Positions 35,938-44,908 of a stretch of DNA of 64,000 bases are shown here, piece by piece. How positions within the stretch are numbered: position 1 is the stretch's first letter; the number at the start of each line of letters is the position of its first letter. The notes under the pieces were generated by a model, which made no database searches, had not been told where the DNA came from, and worked only from the letters and a program-made list of their open reading frames with translations. This DNA is from Guillardia theta CCMP2712 (lineage: Eukaryota > Protista > Cryptophyta), in NCBI RefSeq assembly GCF_000315625.1, contig NW_005434557.1, positions 50,938-114,937 of the forward strand, in the 5' to 3' direction. A program made the position numbers and the translations under genes.

Positions 35938-38900
35938 ATGCACAAGAGCAGGTCCGAGAGTAAGGAAAATGTACTTTTACCTACGCTTGCATCAAACCGA
36001 GCAAAGCGCCCAGTTTTGCACAAGCAACAAACCGGGCTGCAGCCTGAAAGCAACTTACCACTGGCTGCTGCCAAGGACAACCTTCACTTCTTCGTCTACA
36101 GGCTCCATCCTCAGTCCGCCAGCAGCGGACGTGAAGAAGAGACCGAGGCAAACACTGGTCATGACCAGCAGCTTTCAAGGCGCCTCCATCGCATCCTGCA
36201 CGAGATCCTCTCCTCTGAAACTCAGAGCTTCTACAAGATCTACCCCGGCAAGACCTACCTCGACATGGACTGCGTGCCCTACCTGGCTGCCCTCGAGACA
36301 AGGGTGACCAGAGCCAGATACCTGTGCAACTGCTCCGTCTTCGTGCCCGTCATCACCTGGGGTCAGGAACACAGCGTGCTGGAGGAGCTCGCAGCGATCG
36401 ACGAGGCGCACGACCGTGAGAGTGACTTCCTCGTGCACGCGCTGGCAGCGCTCTACCTGCTCAACAAGGACGCCGGGAGACTCAAGGCCGTGCTACCCAT
36501 CCTGCGGGACGAGTCCGAGGGACGCACCTCCCTCTCCAGCGCGTGCGGGAGCCTCAGCAGGAAGCCGTCGGTACGCAGCTGCGCGCGGGCGAGCGAGCTG
36601 ATACAAGCAGGAGGCGTCCGGAGGGACAGAGAGGCGATACTCGAGTACCTGCTGGGAGTCTCGGTGCAGGAGGCGGTGGCGATGCTGCTGCCTGCGGGGA
36701 GGAGGGCAGAGGTCGGGCTGGGGGAGGAGACAAGGAGAGGGAAGGGGAGCAAGGGAGTGGCTGGCATGTACGTAGACTCAACCGGAGATGTCGAGAGAAG
36801 CGCGAGGGAGGCGGGGGAGCTGATAGCACACTGTCTGGTGAGGGTGGTGAAGGAGCACATCGACCGAAAGCTGTGGGAGTTCTCGAAACACAACCCTCGG
36901 GGGATCGAGGTGCTGCAGGTACTGCAGGAGACGGGGATGTATGACAAGTTCAACGAGTACTTCGCGCTGCGGGGCATCGAGACCCTGGACAAACTTCCTC
37001 TGTTCACGAGAGCACTGTCGCAGGCTCAAAGTTGCATTCAGATAGTGGAATCTTGCCTTGACATCACAGCATACAATGCTTCAGACGAGAGCTCGATCCG
37101 GACGCTCGAGAAGCTGGTGGAGGACTACAAGAAGGACGAGCGCTTCCTCCCTCTCAACGACAGGCTCAGGCAGTACCGAGACGCTGACGTCAACGGGGTC
37201 CTCGCCCTCCGCACCACCAACTCCCTCGAGACGGCCCTGGTGAAGCTGCCGGCGAGAAGCTGCATCGTCTTCCTCAGCCTGGTGTACCTTGTGTTCGGGA
37301 TCAAGCAGCTGGGCCCGATCATGTCCGACCAGGTCTGGCTGCCGGACAAGAGCTCGGGCACGCCCGTCAAGCCCAAGACTGTGAGGATATCGGTCATGGC
37401 AGATCCGATCATCAGCTTTGCGTGGAGCTTGTTGTTCTTGAGCGGGGTGCTGCTGGGGCTGCTGAGCACACCGTTACGAGCCAAGTGGCTGCTGCTGTCA
37501 ACGGGGCATCTGGTGCTGACGGCCAACGTGGCCTGCATGGTAGCCGACTTTGTGCAGTGCTCGACTCAGGGGACGGGGATAGGAGCAGAGTGTAACGGTT
37601 TCTCGGATATAATCACTGTGAGCTTTCTGGCTATCATGATGTACCTGGCGCATTTCGTGCAGCACTACTTCTGGATGGCTGCCTTCCTCGCTCAAGGGGC
37701 TTACTGCTTCTACTCGGCTCTAGCTCTTGACAATCAGTTCAGGTACGTGATGGTCTGCCTCGGGGTAGGTTGCTGGCTGGTGGAGCTGGCGATCGCGGTG
37801 GAGTATCACCGGGCGTACGCCAGGACCTTCAGGGACCTCAAGGCAGCCATGCGAGGCTTCGAGGACACTTGGACCAGCGTCGTCGAGGAGAGCTCGCACG
37901 TAGTGCAGGAGATTAGCGCGCGAGTCGGGCGATCGCTCAAGAGCTGGAGGAGGTGATCGGCGATGACACCCGGACGTGGCGTCGGTACTTGTGGGTGACG
38001 CTCGGCCTGCGGGGCCGGCGATACTCGAGGAGGAACGGGAAGATCCGGCAGGCGAGCCGAGACTTCGAGCAGCTCTTCCTCCAGGCGCAGGAGGTCAGCG
38101 CCGCCTTCCAGCTGTGGGTGTCCGGGTGGAACCGGGTGGGGCGGGTGGAGCATGGTAACGTCAAGTCTTGCGCACGAGCGATGCAGAAGACGGTGAGGTC
38201 GTACAGGCGCGACCCCTCGTGCCTGACCGACCTGGTGCGATGTACTGTGGTGGTGTCGTCGATCGACGACGTGCTGTCGTGGTTGAGCTTCTTGCGGGGT
38301 CAGTCGGTGGTGGGGCACGGGGTGAGCGCGTGGGACCAGCCTGGAGGAGGGAGGGTGATGTCGGAGGACGTGGAGGTAAGGAGGGCAGAGAGAACCGAGA
38401 CGGCGAGGAGGAGGAAGTGACGAGCCTTCGACAGACGGGCGGGGGAGAGGAAGGCGGGGAGATCTACATGAGCATCACCAACATCAAGAACCGGTACGTG
38501 CACCAGAAGAAGACGAGCGAGGAGCGAGGAGCAGGAGCGGGGAGCGGGGAGCGAGGAGCGAGGGGGAGGGAGACGAGGCGGGGAGCGAGCTGAGGGGATG
38601 TAGAGGAGTCAAGCGGGTCGAGCCAAGGGATGCGGCTGAGCCTGTGGGGCAGGTACGACCCGTCTGGCGGCACGAGCTTGAGCGGGGGCTACCGGGACCT
38701 GTGCGTGTGCGTGGAGGTAGGAGGGAAGGGAGGCGAGAGACCGGGCAGGAAGAGCTGAGAGGAGGGCAGGTGGGATGGACGATAGACGAGTCGAGCCAGT
38801 GCTGCACGTTCGTACCGGTGAAGGAGTGGGGGAGGACAGCAGGGCTGCGGAAGCACATCTGCGAGATACAGGTGAGGAGAGGAGAGGAGAGGAGAGGAGA

Positions 38901-39183
38901 GGAGAGGAGAGGAGAGGAGAGGAGAGGAGAGGAGAGGAGAGGAGTGGAGTGGAGTGGAGAGGAGTGGAGTGGAGTGGAGTGGAGAGGAGAGGAGTGGAGA
39001 GGAGTGGAGTGGAGAGGAGAGGAGAGGAGAGGAGAGGAGAGGAGAGGAGAGGAGGAGCAAAGAGGAGGGGGGAGAGGAGTAGGATGATGGAGGCGGTGGC
39101 AGGTGCTGCTGGAGGAGATGCATGGGATCAAGAAGCATCTGCACAGGGAGTACGTGAACTTCCGCAACACTCTATGCCAGTAG
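35938..39183 (+). CDS. Copy B: TIR-like + SAM-like + 6TM + RelA/SpoT-like nucleotidyltransferase (1-bp frameshift at ~37926)
   Basis: Exons 35938-38375, 38435-38493, 38653-38716, 38770-38871 and 39103-39183 (all GT-AG) give ..VKSCARAMQKTVRSYRRDPSCLTDLVRCTVVV..IKNRYDPSGGTSLSGGYRDLCVCVEVGW..KHICEIQVLLEEMHGIKKHLHREYVNFRNTLCQ*. Confidence 0.75.
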
Positions 39184-39699
39184 GAGGAGGCGAGCATGCA
39201 CAAGTAGCGGTAGGGCTCGTGTATGTACAACAAGACCTACCGGAAGCTGTTTGTGAGAGTAGAAGGAGGGCGTGTAAGACAGACTCGAGTCAGGGGGGCG
39301 GGACATTCCCTTGGCTCTCTTTCAGTTTCACCCGGGTCCATCGCTTCTCCTCCTTGCTCAGGATGCTCAGGAACTTGTTGGGAGGGTCTTCATGCACGCG
39401 CACCCGCCTGCCCTCCACCTGAAGGAGTCGGTCAGCTCCTCTCGCGTCTCAGGCTGCTCGCACGGGGTGGTCGAAGGCGATGGAGCACGCCCAGAGGAAC
39501 AGGGCGCCAGCCTCGTCTGAGTGCGAGTTGGTCCGGTACCTGCCATGGCAGAGACTCACAAGGAGCCTCGTCGCGTTCCTCACTCGCTCACTTCCTATCC
39601 CCGAGGATTGGCGTCCCCATGCCCGCCATGTGCTTTCTGAGCTGAAGGCAAGAGACGTCACGAGGCGAAGGCGGAGGGGAGTAGAACCTGATGCATTCG

Positions 39700-40690
39700 G
39701 CCCGTCTCCGGGATCAGCTTGAGCAGGGACAAGTGGCCGAAGACGAGGGAGGGAACGGACCTGCATCGCTCAGCTACCTCCTCTCCTCTGCTCAGAGCTG
39801 CTGCTACCTCATGCTCATGTACCGCGTGCGAGCACGGCGTCCCCTGATGTACCAGTCAGTGAGCCCGAGGGGAGCAAGCGCCATCTTACTGCAGCTCAGT
39901 GTCTATCGAACCTTCTCCTTCCACCTTCCCTACCACCACCTACAACCGGTCAAGACAAGCTGAGAACGCTCAAGGGAGAAGAATCGTCAAGGAGGAGGCT
40001 TGCGAAGTGTGCAACGGTAGCAAGGAAGGGAGCAAAGGGAAGCAGGTAGCGGGTGAAATTCATACCGCCATGTACATTTTCTCAACCCTCCTTTGAGCGA
40101 ACTGTTCACAGATGTTGGCAGCAACCTGTCTGAAAATAGTCACGAGAGTGGGAGCAAGGAGGAGGAGGAGGAGGAGGAGGAGGAGGAGGAGGAGGAGGAG
40201 GNNNNNNNNNNNNNNNNNNNNNNNNNNNNNNNNNNNNNNNNNNNNNNNNNNNNNNNNNNNNNNNNNNNNNNNNNNNNNNNNNNNNNNNNNNNNNNNNNNN
40301 NACATAATGATTTCATGCGCAGGTGTATCAGTGGAATCCGAACAGCCTGGGGATCGTCTTTGTCTGCCTGTTCACTCCGTTCCATTGTTACCTCTTTCTT
40401 CTTGGCATTCCAGATGAATCGCTGCTGATGTCATATGTGGTTTGGGCGACTGGATATGGCTACATGCTGTTACTTTTGGCGTACCTCTTTACCCAAAGAG
40501 AGAAAATCTTGTCGAACATAAACAACGCTTCTTATCGCCACCAGGTGGAAGAATACAACACAGCTTGGAACGCTAGGAGACAACAAGAGACTGTGGTGAG
40601 TTGTTATGATCTGCACTGACACGAAGTCGATATATGATGAGTGTGTAGGAGTACGACGATTTCTTGAACACGCTGAATGTTATGCGATGA
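39700..40690 (+). CDS. Hypothetical membrane protein fragment
   Basis: Exon 40323-40595 encodes two hydrophobic helices then EEYNTAW; intron 40596-40648; last exon EYDDFLNTLNVMR* ends 40690. The 5' structure is unclear because of the gap at 40202-40301. Confidence 0.4.
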
Positions 40691-40828
40691 TGTCAGGTAT
40701 GAATGAAACATGAATAAATGTGATACAGCCGCATTCGGATTCGGATTCAACTTTTAATCACGCTTGCCGATGTCACAGGCAATGAAGCAATTATCACTTG
40801 ATCTTTGCGACTGTTACATGCAAAGAAA

Positions 40829-43323
40829 TCACATTTCATCTTGGAGCGGGCTGCCGCAGTGGCGGCTGGCAGCGGAGGAGGAGGAGGAGGAGGCGACGTT
40901 TCTTGTCTTGGCTATGAGGAGGACTCCTCCCGTCCCGACGTCAAGTCTATGGCAGGGCGAAGCCTTCCAAGGGCCCTCCTTTCTCATCTCTGACGTCAGG
41001 ACGTCAGCGTCTTCGTCATTGTCTTCCGCTTCCATGCTGCTCTTGTTCCTCTCGTCGTCTGTCGCACTTGTCAGCGCGAGCATGAGTTTGAGGCTGACGG
41101 TACCTCGAGCATGTGGAGGAGCTACCTCTTCTTTCAACCTCGGGCTCTCATCAACGTCTTTCTCTTCGTCTCCGCCAACACTCGACAGAGACGCTGACAG
41201 CAACGACTTCACGTCTCCGCTGCACCCTGGCTGCCAGTGCGACCTGCGAGTTTCTCTGGGTAAGGAACCATCACAGCATGGCTTCAAAGGTGAGGGTCTG
41301 GTGAAAAGACGGCATCGGCAGAAGGAGGGAGGAGGGAGAGGAGGGAGGAGGGAGGGAGGGAGGAGAGGGAGGAGGAGGGAGGGACGGGAAGGGAGGGAGG
41401 GAGGGAGGGAGGAGGGANNNNNNNNNNNNNNNNNNNNNNNNNNNNNNNNNNNNNNNNNNNNNNNNNNNNNNNNNNNNNNNNNNNNNNNNNNNNNNNNNNN
41501 NNNNNNNNNNNNNNNNNNNNNNNNNNNNNNNNNNNNNNNNNNNNNNNNNNNNNNNNNNNNNNNNNNNNNNNNNNNNNNNNNNNNNNNNNNNNNNNNNNNN
41601 NNNNNNNNNNNNNNNNNNNNNNNNNNNNNNNNNNNNNNNNNNNNNNNNNNNNNNNNNNNNNNNNNNNNNNNNNNNNNNNNNNNNNNNNNNNNNNNNNNNN
41701 NNNNNNNNNNNNNNNNNNNNNNNNNNNNNNNNNNNNNNNNNNNNNNNNNNNNNNNNNNNNNNNNNNNNNNNNNNNNNNNNNNNNNNNNNNNNNNNNNNNN
41801 NNNNNNNNNNNNNNNNNNNNNNNNNNNNNNNNNNNNNNNNNNNNNNNNNNNNNNNNNNNNNNNNNNNNNNNNNNNNNNNNNNNNNNNNNNNNNNNNNNNN
41901 NNNNNNNNNNNNNNNNNNNNNNNNNNNNNNNNNNNNNNNNNNNNNNNNNNNNNNNNNNNNNNNNNNNNNNNNNNNNNNNNNNNNNNNNNNNNNNNNNNNN
42001 NNNNNNNNNNNNNNNNNNNNNNNNNNNNNNNNNNNNNNNNNNGAGAGGAGGGAGAAGAGGCCTTTTATCTGGTGGTAGGCCGGCGGCCTGATGACAGCCG
42101 GCAGGCCAGACGGATGCCAGCTAACTGCATACCACGACCCTTCCTTCCTACTTTCTTAAGTAGGTCCGTGAGCCGTCTGTCAGTGTCACCTGCCTTCTTT
42201 CCTTCCTTCTTCCCTTCGTGGGCCGGCCCGCCGGAGGAGGAGGACAATGGAGGGAGGACGGACGATCCACAGGATCTCCTTGGGACTAATTTATCATTTA
42301 TCTTTCTTTTTTCATTTAATAATTCCCTATTCTCCCACTCACAAAACAGGAAAAAAATCAAAAAAAAATCACTTACGGTTTGCCGGCCCCTTTGCTCCCG
42401 GTAGGGAGGGAGGAGGGAGGGAGGGGAGGAGGGGAGGGGAGGGAAGGGGTGGAGGGAGGGAGGGAGGAGGGAGGAGGGAGGAGGGAGGAGGGAGGAGGGA
42501 GGAGGGAGGAGGGAGGAGGGGTATCCCACAGGAGGGAAGGTGGTTTGACTACAACAGCAAGGTGAGGATCCTGTAGCAACTTGAGGTCAATCGTTGAGCT
42601 CTCAACTACTTGGGTCACCTCGATGAGAACTTTCAGCTTTGCTTCCGTGCAGCCGGAGAGATGAGCTTTGAGGGCCGAGGCATCCTTTGCTTGCTTGGGG
42701 GGCTTGTAAACAAACATCAGCTGCTCTCCTGCTCCAACACAGTCCTTGCATATCAGAGCTGAGCCGGACTTCTGCAGAGCGTCCGGCCGAATTGAAAGAT
42801 CGTTCGTGCTTGAGCACTGCTCCTCGTCTCGCGGAGAGGTACCTGCTCCTTCCACGCGGAACACTCTCGGGTCTCCACCGCGACGAGCAGCTCGCTTTGC
42901 TGACGTGAAGGTGGGGAATTTGTCGGGGAAGCACAGATGCAGCGCTGCAGCCACAGGGAGCCTGCCCTCCTCGTTCTTCTTCTCCTTGAACCCCTCCGGA
43001 GGAGAAGGCAGAGGGTCAGGGAGGGTCACCATCTCAATTCTCTCTTCAACTTTCTGCTTCTTTCCAGAAGTTTCCCGTGCATGTGGCTGGCTTTCCTGCG
43101 GCGATGCCTGTTTGCGCTTCGCGCGTAGCACTCCGATCTCCTTGTAGATCTCAAACCATGAGGATGAGCGCTGAATGTCTTGAGGGGCTGGTCGACGACC
43201 ATGTACGTCATAAAACTGTTTCACACGCATAGACATCTGTGCTTTCAACTCGCGCTCTCGCTCGAGGTCTCCTTGAGAAACAGTCGCGCTCGCGTCGTTG
43301 TGCTCTCCATGAGCGTGCGACAT
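40829..43323 (-). CDS. RluA/RluD-family pseudouridine synthase-like, C-terminal half not visible
   Basis: Motif I: LKVLIE|DPHLAVVVKP. Motif II with catalytic Asp: PCHRLDVGTGGVLLIAK. S4-like FPTFTSAKRAARRG upstream. The gap 41418-42042 lies inside. Confidence 0.7.
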
Positions 43324-43341
43324 CTCTGCCTCTACCCGGTT

Positions 43342-43557
43342 GATGACTGAAGCTGCTTGCTAGAGGGCTGAGGAGATGATGACTGAAGCTGCTTGCTAGA
43401 GGGCTGAGGAGATGATGACTGAAGCTGCTTGCTAGAGGGCTGAGGAGATGATGACTGAAGCTGCTTGCTAGAGGGCTGAGGAGATGATGACTGAAGCTGC
43501 TTGCTAGAGGGCTGAGGAGATGATGACTGAAGCTGCTTGCTAGAGGGCTGACGAGAT
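43342..43557. repeat. 36-bp minisatellite (GATGACTGAAGCTGCTTGCTAGAGGGCTGAGGAGAT) x6, just upstream of the RluA ATG
   Basis: Direct reading. It has a stop in the RluA frame, so it is not a coding extension. Confidence 0.95.
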
Positions 43558-43977
43558 CGTGACCATGCAGAGGCCTGTCCTTTGCTCTTTGCTTTGGTAT
43601 TGGCCCCCGATCACCCTCGGCGATCCGGGCCGAGCCTCAGTTACCCGGCCCCGGCGTCAAGGTGCCACTACTGAATTTTAACTTAACATTGAGTAAAGAG
43701 TTTTAGAGTACTACGGCCGTAGTACTCGCGGCCGCGCACGCGGCACTGACTGCGGCTTTCGCCGCCTTCCAACGAGTCACTGCCCGGTTCGGGCCCAGAT
43801 GCTAACCGACAAACGTGCTCGCACTCGTACGACATGCTGAGTTGAATTGCCTGTGCAATTTAATGTCTGAATTCTTTACAACTTAAGCGAGTGTTCGTTT
43901 CAGTACAGGGAGATTGTAGAGGCCGGGCTGATTCCTGAAAGTATGCGATCCCATCAATATTCTTGAACTAAAAACAA

Positions 43978-44908
43978 TCAGGATTCAAGGAACACATCTC
44001 CCATGAACCCATGATCTTCGTCATCCATGTCGCAAGAGTCAAAAGCCAGCGAATGGAAACAGCCCTCGTCTTCGCCCCCGTCTGCATGATACTCGTGAAA
44101 GAAATGATGATCTCCAGATGGAGGCAACGATTGTCCCGTATGAAATTCTCCCTGCGCTGTCGGCAGCTGTCCATCGTACTGCATTTCACCATTAGTCTCG
44201 CACTTCACTTGAGCATGCCCTGAGATGGTGCAGGGGTCATCATTTGAGCCGGCACATCCTGCAAGCATTGCAATGATTTCATCGTCGGACATGGTCTTGC
44301 CTTCAGCGCTTACGATATTCTTCATCTCAACGGAAGAAGAAGCCACTGCATCAGCTGCTGAAGAAGGTTTTGTTGTTCTCTTAGATTCAATGCTCGTCTC
44401 ATTTGACAAGGTGTCCAACTGATCGCATTGAAGGGTGAATCGAATATGCTTCCCGCTTCCAATCTGCTGCAGCATCTGTGGGGAAAGAGACAAGGAGATC
44501 TTGACATTGTCTTTGCTTTCTTGTCCAATCTTCTCCACGTCAATCTGAGGGAAACCACGGATCTGGAAGGTAGCTTCGGGCTCGGGAGAGTTCGATGGTG
44601 AAACTGCCGTGCTGGCCATTGACATTTCTGAGGGAGACTTGCAGTCCAAGGAAAGAGGAGTAGAAACAGATTCACACACATTCCTTTGCGCCTTTCTGTC
44701 AAGACTCTTCATCTGTTCATATCAGGTGAGATGATGAGATCCTCTCACAACAGCATACCTTGCGGTAGGGCCATCGATCGATGCCATGGCTGCGACACAC
44801 TTTCTTCAGCGAAGTGAGACAAATCCCCAGCTGTTTCGCTACAACTTTCTCTGGAAGCCGGAAGTACTGAGAGAGTTCGTTGTAATCAATATTTCTCTGG
44901 AGAGGCAT
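43978..44908 (-). CDS. RWP-RK domain transcription factor
   Basis: IDYNELSQYFRLPEKVVAKQLGICLTSLKKVCRSHGIDRWPYRK|MKSLDRK. A single 46-nt GT-AG intron (44713-44758) joins ORFs 44717-44908 and 43978-44712 in frame. Confidence 0.93.

Larger units (their letters stand above)
30753..39320. repeat. Large inverted duplication: arms ~30753-33852 and ~36231-39320, ~2.4-kb spacer
   Basis: The arms are near-identical reverse complements, including introns and 3' flank; identical peptides appear on opposite strands in the ORF track. Confidence 0.95.
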
